From Zygnema circumcarinatum SAG 698-1b (Eukaryota > Plantae > Zygnematophyceae): a DNA stretch of 64,000 nt. How positions within the stretch are numbered: the stretch's first letter is position 1; each line of letters begins with the position of its first letter. Made by a program: the position numbers and the translations under genes. Below the pieces are notes generated by a model. That model had not been told where the DNA came from and did no database searches. It worked only from the letters and a program-made list of their open reading frames with translations. The DNA is taken from positions 1,798,001 to 1,862,000 of the forward strand of contig CM074815.1 of the NCBI GenBank assembly GCA_037447605.1, read 5' to 3'. This document shows positions 36,667-49,431 of the stretch, piece by piece.

Positions 36667-39600
36667 TTACGCATTCTGTCCCCCGAGTGCATGGTAGGCA
36701 TCCAGCGCTTGACGAAACTTCTTGGCAGCTTCCTCTGCACATAGGTTAGGGCCAGTTCCACTTAACAGGCGGTTCAAAAAGTGGACTTGATGCCCCTTGT
36801 AGAGTTGCTAGAAAGGCATCAACGAGGCCAAAAAAAGGCAGACCTCGATGCAAATTGGCAGGTGAATCTAATGTGGTTCAATTTAAATTGGTTTGATTTC
36901 TTACCCGCAGTGCCACCCAGTCCTAAACACTGTGGCTGCCACAGTTCTTTGAAACTCATTATGAACTTATATACTGTATCAAAGTGCCTGAGTAGTCCTT
37001 CCATGGTGAACCCCAAACCTCTTCCCTTTCATTAACTCTTTGTAAATGCTGAATGCTTTCTTTCATACAAGAGCAGAGCTTGGTATACGCATTTGGTAAT
37101 GCCACTATACCATTCTAAAAGCTCCTACCAATTTCAAGCAGAATATGGCATGACAAAAGGACCAACCAGCCTGAAAGCTTCCTATGATATTCGGACACAT
37201 TCACCCACTCCCCTCCGCTTCTATTCACAAAATCTTCAATTTCTATGAGATTCTGGATGCACACCCTCTTCCCCCCCACAACATACCTGGATTTGAAGGG
37301 TTGCGATCAGGATGGTACTCCATGGCCTTCTCTCGAAATGCAGCCTGTAAGGACATTCCAAGAACAGAGAGGATGCTTTAGGAAAAAGTTGTTTGATTGA
37401 ACTCACGATGGCAAGGCCATAATGACACTAGGACACTTGATGATCCAATTTTGAAACATTTCCAACTAATAATTCAGCACCTCATGACTATCCTCCTCGA
37501 ATTTCCTCTCCTCCTCGTGAATTTGGATAGCACATCTCCTGATTCTCAAATGTAGGCAGTCTTCCCTTAACCATAGGAAAGATCGGAAGGTAGAGAATTG
37601 TACATCTCCACAACTACGCGGAGGTCAAAACACATTCTATTGGATTCCATCCATCCGAACTTGGAAACATTGGACCTACTCAAGCCGAACCTTCCAGAGG
37701 ACGCATGCATCGCTTCTCGAGTGATCCGAACCGTACCTTAATTTCAGAAGGAGAAAACGGCTGAGCTCGCATTCTGCATTCCCCCGAACTCATAATCAAT
37801 AACTAATAATCATAGGGCCCATTGGCCCTATGATAATGGCCGATGCGAAACGAAAAGTAAGATTCTGCTCCATAGCGTTGATCAGCAAGAGGCATCCATC
37901 GTACTGACAATCAACTTTTCTAACACACAACTTACACTTTGAGCCTTCCATGCCCTTGCTACATGTGCTCATATTTCGCTTCCATCACAGCAGGCCAAGC
38001 AAACAGTTCTTTCTTCACAGGCTACATTATCATACATGAGGACAAAAACAAATGCTCAAACATGCAAGGTATCGTTAGCTGATTGACAACAAACCTGTCA
38101 AGACCAAGGGCTTGCCAATGTTGAGAAGTTTCAGTCGAACCCTTCCCTCGTGTTTTGCCACTGCTTTGATTCCACCTGTTCTTCGTCTCCGCCTCCTCCG
38201 ACCAGCCATGGCCATATGACTGCCCATCCCAATACTGATGCTGCTGCTCCTGTTGCTGGTGATGTTGGCTTTGCCGCTGCCATCGAGCATATGCCCTTCG
38301 GAAGCGGTCTCTTTCCCTATCTTCTTCCATCTTCATATGTTGCCACCTCGCCTGCAACACCAAGACTACAATGTCAACATGGCTAAGACGGCTAGTATAA
38401 CCATAGATCTCCAATCAAACGCTCCTTTAACTCCCAGAAAGCAATCGTTTTCCAGCCTCTAAAAGTCAAAATTGCTGCGCCCTTGTAGAAAGGCCAAGTC
38501 AAGAACCTTAATTGAGCGTTCCAAGCATACTCATGACTGTCTACCCAGTCATACTGCCCTTCAGCCAGAGCTATTGCATGGAGCTAAATCGAGAACTTAT
38601 CAATAACCTTTTTACAGTGGGAAGAAACCTCATTTGCATCACAGAACTGTTCTGCGAATGGTGTCAATACTATAAACCAATATGCCAAAGGCTGACAGTA
38701 CGAGTGAAGTTGCAACCTGTCGACGGATCTCTTCCTCGGCATTTGCCCGTGCTTCTTCCTCTCTCTGCTGGCGAGCCCGCGAACGTGCGTACTCTTCTTG
38801 TGCTGTTCGAATTCGGTCCCTTTGCTTCCCTGCCTCACGCTAAAATCAAAGGAGACAAAAGCAAATCTCTAAATGAGCAAGACACATAATGCTTTTGCAA
38901 ACGCCCTAGAAACAATCGCCCTAAAATTTACGATTGTCTGAAGTCAGGAAATCTTAGGCTTCGCACATTTAGGGGAGCCCACATATTGCCGATTGCTGAT
39001 GAAGTTTCCGAAATATGATGCCGAAAATGGGATACAGCCAGCAATCATGGAAAAATGTAAAGGCTGAAAGAATTGGAATTGAAGTCCTTCTTTACCGTAG
39101 CGTTGTGAATCCTTTCAATATGCAGCAACCGCCTCCTTAGGGTTAACGCATTCCCGACCTGCAGGACGACGACGGCAAGTGCGGCTGCGAGTTCATGAAT
39201 ATGAATAGTTCATGAATATATTAATGAATAGGAACTGCAGGAACTGAGACATGGTAAACAGCGGCATCTATGTACTTCCTCACATAATCAAACAACGGAT
39301 TAAACGAGAGCTCAATCACAGCCGATCTATTTGACCACTTCCATCTGGAACCACTGAATTTTCCTCGCTTTGCCGGATCCCACCCAAAAGAAAGCAGATC
39401 TACACTCGTCATAACTCTGACATGCCTTTGTGTCAGAGTTATTATTAACTGGACTATTATGGACTGGAATAATCTGCGTTTTGTGCTTCAAAAGATTGAA
39501 AATTTGCAAGAAATCTCGTGAAGAGGCATGTCAAGCAGTTGGGTGCTCACAGCCACAGCAGCCATGAAGGCGACCACGAAGTGCGTCGCTGTCACTCCAT

Positions 39601-39802
39601 GCGGCCGCTTCTCTGATCCTGCCTGCTTATCTCCAAGCTCATCAGAAGTTGATGCCACTCCATGCCCTCCTCCTGCAAAGCCTGTTCTTGTCTTGGGGAG
39701 GGAAACACCTCGCGGAAATCCCTCAGCCGCCCCGCCACTCTGCTGACTGCTGCTGTGCATTTTCCCATTTTTGTCTTCCACTTCTCCTCCCTTCTGGCTC
39801 AT
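36667..39802 (-). CDS. DnaJ protein with N-terminal TM segment, coiled coil and C-terminal J-domain
   Basis: HFVVAFMAAVA (TM)...REAGKQRDRIRTAQEEY...QHWQALGLDR|MRAQPFSPSEIK|AAFREKAMEYHPDRNPSNP|EEAAKKFRQALDAYHALGG* (HPD motif). TAA at 36667-36669. Confidence 0.85.
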
Positions 39803-40037
39803 GCTGCAGGCAATTTTCGACCCTATGGTGTCTCTCCACCCTTTTCAACCCTAAAATATCCAAACTCGAGAATACCGCAGGAGTTTGCAAACTCTTTCAC
39901 CACATCCATTCCGCAGGATTACTTCAGATTGTCTGAAGGAGGATGTCTGCTGCACGCGAAACTCTCGGAGACGACGGATATGACAGTTGGTGTGCAGGAG
40001 GCTTCACGCTGGCGGGCCGAGTGGACGTCAGGTGGTC

Positions 40038-42457
40038 ATGGCGACGGCTTCGGGAGAAGGAGCGGGAGAGGGAGAGGGAGAGCAGGGTGGGAAATACGCC
40101 TCATCTTCGGCGCTGCAGATTTCAATTCCTCCTCCCCTTCCTTTCGTATCCCATCCTCCTTTCCCCACTCTCACCTTTCAGAGCTGGTTGGCATCTTGTT
40201 CCCGGGCCGCCCCAAAACACATAAAGGCGGAAAAGCTAAAGTCTTTAGGCATTCTCGCAAGTTGTCGAGAGTTCCAACTCGAGGATCGCGGCCATGGCGT
40301 CTGCTCTTCAGTTCTCTCTGGCTGGATGCCGTCCAACTGCAGGTGAGCGACTTTGTGAAACGACAAATCCCATGGCCTATCTCTAGACCTTGTTTGAGCT
40401 TTTCCTTCATTCTTCTAGTGCATTGGTTGCTTCTAGTAAGTGATTTGTGAAATTATATGCTGGTGAAGGCACTGACAGTGGCTTCCTTTCTTCTCCCAGC
40501 TCTTCAGGCTCCTGCAGTTCGCTGTACGTCTTCTCTCCGCCCGGCTTTGCAAGTGAAGGGCCTTCCTGCAATGCAAAGGAAATGCAGCATCAAGCGCTCA
40601 ACAGCTTCACCGTCTGTTGTTGTCAAGGTGACTGTGAGCACCTACCTTCATGCATTTCCCGAAGTGAAGTGTGGAGTGCTGCCTCTGCCTCTGTCCCTGT
40701 TCCTCTATGGTTTTTTTGCTTTTGTTGTCTATTTCTCTCTGCTCTCGCTTCTTCCCTCCCTCTGCTTTTTGTGCCTTTCTTTAGCATATACACAGTGCCA
40801 CTCCTTGATTGAAGGATTTTTTCTTGCAAATCCAGTTAACTGGCTCGCTGTTTATGACCCATGGTGTCTGTCTTTTGTTTTGGGAACGATATGGTGTTCT
40901 GGCTTATTGCGCTGTAATGTTATGCCAGGTGAAGGAAGTAACTTTAAACAAACCAGTTTGATGCCAAATGAAGCAGGCTGGAGGCAACGTAGACAAGGGA
41001 CGACTCATCGTGGAACCAAGCTACGCAATTCCGTCAGTTCTACTCAGTAAGTCTCACTTCTTTTCTTGGAGAAGTATCACAAGACAACTCTGTGCCTTTG
41101 GGATGTAGACACTCCATTATGCCAGGCCCTGGCATTCTCTGTGAAGTAGTTTCTCACTGTTACGCTTGTGTACATGATATGCCGAAGGCTTTGTTTTCCC
41201 ATTCCAATGATCCACTCGTTGTTGAATACTGGACTTCAATCAACTCATAGGATCATTGCGATGTCTTTGGGTGACATTTTAAGAGCAACGGACTGAATCT
41301 TGAGCTGTACCAGCATTTGTGGCTTCAGTGTAGTTTGTGAAGGTCTGGGCAAATGTTATCGTTTCCGAAGAAGTGGCAAGGTTGGTGATGCTGGTTTTGC
41401 TGCTTTCCTTTTTGTGCAGCTGCAGCTGGTCTCCTGTTTGGAGCAGATCAGGCGATCGTAGCAGCACCTGTGGGGCTTCTGGGAGCACTCCTCCTTTTCC
41501 AGGTTGTAGAAAGCATGTGCTTTTTGAGCTGTAAAAAATGTATTGATGCTGCTGCTAATGCTTTAAAGTGTTATTTGTGCTAATCAATTATCAATTTCTA
41601 GTCCATAATCGCACAATTTTCTTATTGGCTTTATGATGATGGACTTAATGGTGCAGACTACCCGCGTGAGGTTTCTCTTTGACGAGGATTCGCTGGTGAG
41701 CAATTTTACTTTATTCAGCAATTAGAATAGAGTACGGACGCCCTTTACAATATCCAGAGGTGGTTAGAACTAACAACAGGATTAACTTCGACTGTGCTCT
41801 TGTTTCCTCTTCGAACTCTTACTGCCTTTTACGAGAATTTCTCTGGAATGATAACTCTGTGGATGCTTTTTTTCCACCACGATGGTGGCCCTGCAGGAGG
41901 TGGTGATTGGAGAGAAGGCTGAGAAGTCCGGGGAAAATGCGTTCGTTGGTGGAGAGAATCGATGGAGGTGAGAGCATCATGACAGTTGATAGCGTAGAAC
42001 TCGCCATGAATGTTGGACCTATAGCTCTTATCATTGATGGGCATTCATTAAGAAGGATCAAATCACACTGTGATGTTTCTCATTGTTTTTGCGTATTCAT
42101 TTCCGATACCGATAATCAGTTGAAGAGAGAGTAGAGTAGAGTAGAGTAGAGTAGAGTAGAGAGGCTCTTTGCTACTTTGGAGGCTGCAGAAAGAGAGTCT
42201 GATCTGGTAGGCTTACCTTCTATTTTGTCTTTGACCTTATGGTTCATTCCTATTGATGGCCTTACAGGTACAGCACATTCACAAATTGGGAGTTCTGGTG
42301 GCCCAATTTCCCTGTTTTGGTTTACTTCAAGGAGACGCAAACCAAGCCGGAGGGGCAGATCCATTTTTTCCCTGTCATAGCCGACGGAAGGAAGCTGTAT
42401 AATGCAATGGTGGAGCGGTGCGGCCCTTCACAAAACAGCTCTCCCAGTAAAGAGTAG
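40038..42457 (+). CDS. DUF3119 family (cyanobacterial/plastid) protein
   Basis: AAAGLLFGADQAIVAAPVGLLGALLLFQ|TTRVRFLFDEDSL|EVVIGEK...ENAFVGGENRWR|YSTFTNWEFWWPNFPVLVYFKETQTKPEGQIHFFPVI. TAG at 42455-42457. The N-terminal exons are less certain. Confidence 0.85.
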
Positions 42458-43705
42458 ACCTCGTGTTTTGCTCTTTTAAATGGGACTCGGCATGTTTTTT
42501 TAAAGCCGAGGGTATGACTGGTTGATCCTTGGTGTGCTTTCAGAAAACGAAACCGAGAAAAAGGAGCTAAATAAGATTTTGTTTTCTGGCAGTTCTTGGT
42601 TCAATTGGACAGGCCAGAGTGTGCTGAGTGTAGAGTAATATCTTCATCGTTTTAGTGTGCCATTAAAGTGGTTTTTTCTTTTCTTCTTGTTTTTCTAAGT
42701 AGTTAAAAGTTCCAATTTAACATGTACTTTGGCAAGAAGGGAAAAGTTTGTGATTTTATACTTTTTTTGTATCAAGAATTGAACTGTGCTCTTGAGATTT
42801 GTGCTAAAGCATAGGAGGGAGATACCTCTCTTTGTGGTGTGTTCTGTGCGCATTTGAAACGGAAAATTACAGGGAGTGCACTGTGCAAATAATAACCCCT
42901 TACTTTTATATTATATTTTGATAGAATATCATGTTAAATTTCTGCTAAGAGAGATGTGTCTGCAGCACCTTCTGCTTACAGTACCTCTCGCTTGTTACAT
43001 ATTTTAGGGACTATAGGAAAGGAAAGCACATGGTGCTGTGACTCTGACAGATCCATATCAGTTTCTGGTTTTGTTAGATTCAAAAAACTCTATGGAAGGA
43101 TCAGATGGGTTCCCTCGTGGTTTCGTTTAGTAGACCATTTGGTCCTTGTGTTTAGACCTTAATCTAAACCTAGAAATCACAAAGTGATGCACTGGTTTTG
43201 CGAGGCCATGCCATGACATCACATCACATCATGACTCCTAGAGACTTCAATTACATAGAATGGGATTGGTGCGAAAAACTGAGTCATCAAGAGCTGCAGA
43301 ACAAAACTGCTGTTTGCAAAGCACTCTGCCAAACCCTGAAACTTGGAGCCATATGTATACAGAAAGCAACTGAACGTCTTATGAGAATAATCACAACACA
43401 TCTGCATCGTTGTTTATTCACAACAAGGCTTCCTGTGCGGTATATAAAAATCAGGAGCATGAGGTACCAAACATGAAGCGAAATGGTTTTTTTATCTTCG
43501 AAATGTAGAACATTCTGATACAGATATGCTGTAATTTCTGCGAATTGTTTACACTTTCACTTTTTTTTTTTCACGGATCGTTTGAATAAATGATTCTTTT
43601 CCCCCCTTTTTCACGTGAGCTCCTCCGCTTTTGTAGTGAACGAAGGCGGCGGTGGCATGCACGCACGCCCTAATACGTAGGAGAGAGCGCGACAGTGCGG
43701 CAGCC

Positions 43706-45350
43706 ATGGCGGGGATGGAGAGCCTGCTTCAGCCCTTCGAGGAACGAGCCGCCAAAGCAGAGGTGCTCTCCCGGCCTCTGCAGCCTCCGCTCTTGCCGCA
43801 TGAGCCTCCCTCTCAGCCTCTCACCGGCTCCTCATTCCGCCATGGCGGCTTCTCTCGCTGCAGGAGCGGCTGGCTCGACTGGAGGATGCTCTGAATAGCT
43901 TGGATGAGATTCGGGGTAAGGGCAGAAACCTGCTTTGTGCCATTTCAGGTGTATTAAGCATGTTGTTCAGATCTCCTGTTCTCGAGTGGAGGCCAGAAGC
44001 TTTTCTCTGGTGCTTGCGTCGTTTAGATTGGGCTGGCGTGAAGAATGGCAGGCTACTGGACTTTTGCCTTACATTTTGACTTCTCCAGACAATTGCACAA
44101 ACAAAGAAATCGCGAGAAGATCCTGTCCGATGCAATCTCACCAGCCGAGTTCTTAAACTTACAGATGTAGCCTTTTCCGAGGATTAACTTATTAATTGGT
44201 AGAATTTCGCTCAAACAGGCATCTTGTGAACTCCACCATGCAATTAGAAGAGATATTATATTTCATTTAGTAATTAGGAGCATATTCCATACACTCACTA
44301 CTTTGTCGTTTTTAACCAATAATCCTGATTACGTGACAATTTATCTGCATTTTCCTGAAGCAATGTGAAGGCATGTTCTGTGTAGTTCATCGATAAATAT
44401 TATTGATCGCAAGTGTCAAGAGAGTTGGAAAACTTGAAAGATTTTGGGTATTCGAAACTATGCCTGCGTACTTTAATTTCCAATTTGGAAGAACCATCTA
44501 TGGTGTATAAACACCAGGATATACTAGCAGGGCTCTTGTCTCTTTGCATAAATCACCATGCCATTCCTTTCCTCTCTCTATCAGTTTCGCGTATCGCAAG
44601 GGGCAGTTATGCCTTGCCCCTAGTTCAAGTATGCTAGCTAGCAGAACTACGCAGTGGGGATACAACGTAACTAGATGGCGGCTTCTTGAAACCCCAGGAA
44701 GGGAGGGACATGCATAACGGAGTGGATGCCAAATCTGAAGTGCATGTTTCTTGAACTGCAGGTGAGCAACCCTCCTCCTATGCAGATGGGATGGCACAAC
44801 CTTCTCAAGCAAAGCTCTTGAGTGAGCTGAAGGAGCTGAGAAGCCACCTTGGCCGGGCGCAGACGGAGCAACAGGAGATAATCCAGCAGCGGAATGAGGT
44901 AGAGCTTCAGCTCGTTGTGTTCATGAAGCCTGTCGCATATGATGATTATGATGGCTTGTTTAAAATGGACGAAGTTGGCAGCATAACATGAGGGGATGAC
45001 CTAATAGCGATTGCTGCATCGCCTGGAGTACTGTTTGCATCTGCACTCTGGGCCTGAGCGATCTATGGTGAGGTGGTTTATCACTGGTGTTTGGATAGTA
45101 TCAGATTGAACCCCTGGCTTGTCTCACATGCATGTTGCACAACGTATATAGTTGCAAAAGCGCCATTCAAAGACGTGGCTGTGGGCTTAGGGTCAGCGCT
45201 GACTCGCTATCCGTGGTGCAGGCCACAAAAGAGAAGGACAGATTGATGGTCGAAAATGCAAAACTGCAGTACCGAGTGCTGCACCTCGTGAGAGCTGTCA
45301 AGGAAGGAGACGAGCGGATAGAGCAGTTGACAGCGGGAAGCAAGGGATAG
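43706..45350 (+). CDS. Small coiled-coil protein (plant family resembling the AIMP1/Arc1 N-terminal segment)
   Basis: MAGMESLLQPFEERAAKAE|ERLARLEDAL...|LLSELKELRSHL...RNE|ATKEKDRLMVENAKLQYRVLHLVRAVKEGD; four short in-phase exons. Confidence 0.7.
44933..45061 (+). ncRNA. Candidate intronic C/D-box snoRNA
   Basis: TCGC-ATA-TGATGA (C box 44940-44945)...CTGA-GCGA (D box 45054-45057), a 4-bp terminal stem with K-turn geometry. Possible D'/C' ATGA-gg-GGATGA near 44988-44999. No target recognised. Confidence 0.3.
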
Positions 45351-45886
45351 TAGGCATTGTTTACTTTTTTAAATCATGTATGCAAATAGCGCATAGCACT
45401 ATTTGGTAGTGTTGCCACTCTCTTGAGACCCAAACCCCAAAACCCTAAGCTCCTGCGAGGCTGTAGACGACTGACTGTATAGACGTGAAGGGGGAAAGGT
45501 CCAGCTATTCTCAAGTCACAACCTTTTGTCTTTTCATTTACAATTCTGTAGTGACCCATCTGGATTCAGAGCTGCTTTAACCACTGGGTGAAGAGGGCTG
45601 TTTCGTTTGTCGCAGTTCGGGCACAAACCAGCCCATATATGTCGATGACATGCTGCCTGCGCCAAAATTTTGACTTGCACTCTGAATTTCTATGTCTTAA
45701 AAAGAAAATCAAAAAGAAGGCGCCTTTAATACGCCGCTTATGCCTGAACGAAATGTGAGGGCCTCATGGGCTCTAAAGCCGCCTCTTCCACTCGCCTCTT
45801 TCATTTTTTTTTTTATGCCCTGCCATGCCGTGCCATGCCATGCAATGGTAAGCCGAGCTGCTATGTCTGCCGTCGTCACGTTCCGT

Positions 45887-46045
45887 TGGTACACTCGTAG
45901 CGCATACTGTACTGTACATTACTGTGCTGTACTGTACAGTATGTTCGCCGTCAAACTGTACCGTCGGACCATGCGATATCTCACGGCTATCGTGCGATAC
46001 GATTATGTACGATATACCGCTCAATACCGTCCGATACAGTACGCA
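45887..46045. promoter_or_regulatory. GTAC- and CGATA-rich block upstream of the eIF4B-motif gene
   Basis: About 8 GTAC (tactgtactgtac-type) followed by gcgatatc, gcgatacg, cgatatac, cgatac. Confidence 0.4.
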
Positions 46046-47132
46046 GGAGAGCGCTGAACCCTTCCCTGCCCTTCCCTTCCCGCCGCAAAACCCCACCTTG
46101 CTTTTAGGGTACGGCCGGTCCTGCGGCCGTGAGAGGGCGAGAAGGAGCGCCTGTTGTTGCCTGCCTTGCTGCCTGCGTGCTCGCTCGTTGCTGAGGGAGA
46201 GAGGGCTGAGCGCATCTGCAGGGAGAGGAGCAAGGTGGGCGGCGCTCTCTGTCCGGCTTGGGCAAGGGCAAGGGCAAGGGCAAGGCATAGCAGAGAGGGA
46301 TGCGGCCGGAGGATAGAGAGAGAGAGGGGTTCTGGACAAGGGAGCGTTGGAGATGTTTTGTGGAATTCTTGAATGATGCTTTCGGTTTTGCTGACGAAGC
46401 GGAGGATGACAAGCTCTTTGCGTATTTAAGAATCATTTGTTGTTTTGCTTTCTTGAAGTCGAGCAATGGGACAGACTGCAATAGATGTGAAGAGTTTGAG
46501 AAATGAAAAGCGCAGCGAAAAAGAGAGGCAAAAGCTATGTTGTTGGCTGTCGTTGAGTTTCAGGAAGCTATATGTGTTCATGTCTGTATGAGCGTCGTGC
46601 TTGTTTGGGGCGTAGATTAATGTTATTGTGTCAAGAAAGAAGATATTTTGGAAGCCTTCCGTGTTCTTCTTTTTCAGATTTAAATAGTTCAAGCCATCGT
46701 TGCCTTTGCGTTGCCATGAAGCTATCTTGCTTTTCGATGGGATCTTCCTTGAGTGTTCAATAGTGCTGGCACGGCCATGATTGAAGGAGCGTGTGGGTTA
46801 TGTCCTTTTGTCAATTTTCGCATTAGTGTAGTATTCTTTGAGCTTTTGTCTTAAAAATTGTTCGAACCAGAAAGGTTTTGCTCAAAATGAGGTGACAAAT
46901 AAGGGAATGACAATCTGCTCAGTCAGTTTTTCTGCATTGAAGTTCTATTGGAGCTCGGAATGAGTATGTGTTAAGGCTGTGATCAGCACCCTGCCTTAAT
47001 GAAGGCAGGGTCCTATCGAGTGATAGCTTTCCACAACAAACTTGAGCTTTTCGAAAAATTATTCGAGACTTCAGGCTTTCTCTATCCCTCTGAGCCCGTA
47101 AGATTTTATTGGTGCGTGCAGCCTTGTACAAG

Positions 47133-49431
47133 ATGAGTTATGATGGAGGAGATGATGTTTCCGCTGGAAGGCCTAAGCTCGACATAGCACCTCGGAGCGC
47201 AAATGCCGATGCAAGCTCTTCATCATCGAGCAGGTCTTCAAAAGTAATGTACTCTACGCTTTTTTGTCGCACTGTGCTTTTCGTTAGTTGCACCTTTTGT
47301 TATCAGACTTAGTGCAGTTGAGACTTTCACCAAGGTTTTCCTCTGGCGCATCTATGCTTTTTCTAAAGAGGATATGTGCTTATTGATGCAGTCTAATCCG
47401 TTTGGAGCAGCCCGTCCTCGTGAGCAAATCATCGCGGAGAGAGAGGGCAAGAAGGAGACGGACCTTCTGAAGGAATTGGCAGAGAAGGAATGGAAACCCT
47501 CGGTAAGTTGTGGTGATTTTGGTCTTGCATACAATCTTGGAACAAACTTCCACTGCAGAAAATCTGCAGGTTTTAAGAACTTGGCCATTGCCAACATACG
47601 AGTAGGTGCTACAGGTTCAAGAATCACGAGAAGGTTTTGTCCTGAACGATACTATGAGCATGAGCATGAGCATGAGCATGCTATTGCAGTTTTTGATACC
47701 GCAGTCTGGCTGTTCTACCTTACCCTTTTATCAAAGCTTGGGCAACTATTTTAAGTGAGCTTCTGCTCTGTATTGAGTTGCTTTGCGCTCAATTTCGTGA
47801 ATTTTAGGGATCATAATGGAGGCAATGGAGGGGATTGTAACAGGTGGTACTGACTGAGGAACAACGAGAGGAAAAGAAAGCTTTGGAGGCTGAACTTGCA
47901 TTTGCAAAGAGCGAGTATGAGAAAGCCGTGGATCCTGTTCAGTCAAAGAACCTGAAGGAGGAAGTTGCTTCCATGGAGAGAAAGCTGGAGGACCTGCTAG
48001 CCATGTTTGAGGTGCTTTACTCTTTCTATTCTTGTTGAGAGCTTTTCTGTGTATATTTTTCCCTTTTTAGATCTGTAGCTTTCTTAATAGATTAGGCATT
48101 GTCGGCAGAGTTGCCCTCGACAACGCAAGGTGAGTTTTTTTAACCATTACATAGGTAGTGTCATTCTCCGTGAGCCATCTTTGCATTTTGAGCAGAATAG
48201 TAAGCGGTAATCATTAATATTTCGAAATAAAAATCTCAGTTAGTCATCACTTAGCTTAATTCTTCCATGTACTAATCTCGCTTTTTGATTTCTGACAAGG
48301 TTGATTCCCTCCCCCGATCACTTATTTTCGCAGAAAATGGCTCTTGAGAAAGCTCAAGCTGGAATGGGCAAGCGACCATCTGAACGCCGCCGTGAAGATG
48401 CACCGGGGGCTCCACCGGGTGGATATGCGTCTCCACAAGGAGCCCCTTTCGGGAGTCGTGGTGGAGGGTATGGTGCCCCCTCTGATGGATTCGGCAGTTT
48501 CAGTAGAAGAGACCGTGGTGGAGAAGTTGAGCGTGGATCCTATGGAGACGCGTGGGGTGGAAAGAAGGGAGGAATTGGCGGGGCCGGTGGCGGCGGAGGC
48601 GGGACTTGCTACAGCTGTGGAGAGGTGAGTAGACCAAGTTACGAAAAAGCCCTGAGTGTGATGCTATGTGGCATCGACCATGCTGCATTTCTTGTTTTTC
48701 AAAAACAAGAAAGGCCCAGAAAGAGCACACTGATGTGGAAAGGGGTTTATGAAGTATGGACCATAGAGAAGTGCAGAAACTCTTTCCTTGTGAAAAAGAG
48801 ATTGGTCGCATGGATGCTTTCCAGGTTTTATATTGAGCAGATTCAGAAATCTAGTTTGAAAGGCTGGCAGCTAGGCATTTAACTATCCAGCGCCTTCCTT
48901 TAAACAAGGATTGCGCCTTTCAGGATGATGAGTATGCTAATGTCAAGCTTGCTGTGAAGTTTAGGATGTCAAATCTCAGCAGAGACCCCCTTTCACAACG
49001 GCACAACGTTATTTGTCGGATAGGGGCAATTTGAGCTTCGTTTGTTTCTTCCCCCTCTTTTTTGTCGGTGATTGACTTGGTCGAGGCGCTCTCTCAGTCT
49101 GAACTGTTGGCCATTGCAGGTTGGTCACTTTTCTCGTGAGTGCCCGAGCGCTGGGGGAGGTGGCCGAACTGGTGGGTTTGGTGGCCGCGGTGGTGGTGGT
49201 GGTGGCAGCCGGGCATGCTACAACTGCGGAGAGGAAGGGCATCTATCTCGTGAGTGCCCGCAGGGAGGAAGTCGTGGTGGGGGCAGCTATGGAGGAGGAT
49301 TTGGTGGTGGTGGGGGATATGGCAGTGGAAGTTACGGAGGAGGAGGTGGCGGCAGTTACGGCTCAGGAGGGTATGGCGCGAGTGGGGGGGGCTATGAGGA
49401 ACGAGGAGGAGGAGGTGGAGGAGGTTATTAG
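47133..49431 (+). CDS. eIF4B-like motifs + coiled coil + Gly/RGG-rich region with two CCHC zinc knuckles
   Basis: [10 protein letters not shown] and [11 protein letters not shown] (eIF4B/4H C-terminal-type motifs), a heptad region, then CYSCGE|VGHFSREC and [14 protein letters not shown] in GGY/RGG repeats. TAG at 49429-49431. Confidence 0.8.

Noticed and set aside
48920-49105. Second C/D snoRNA candidate (TGATGA...CTGA) in the eIF4B-like gene intron
   Set aside because: Boxes are ~170 nt apart with no convincing terminal stem.
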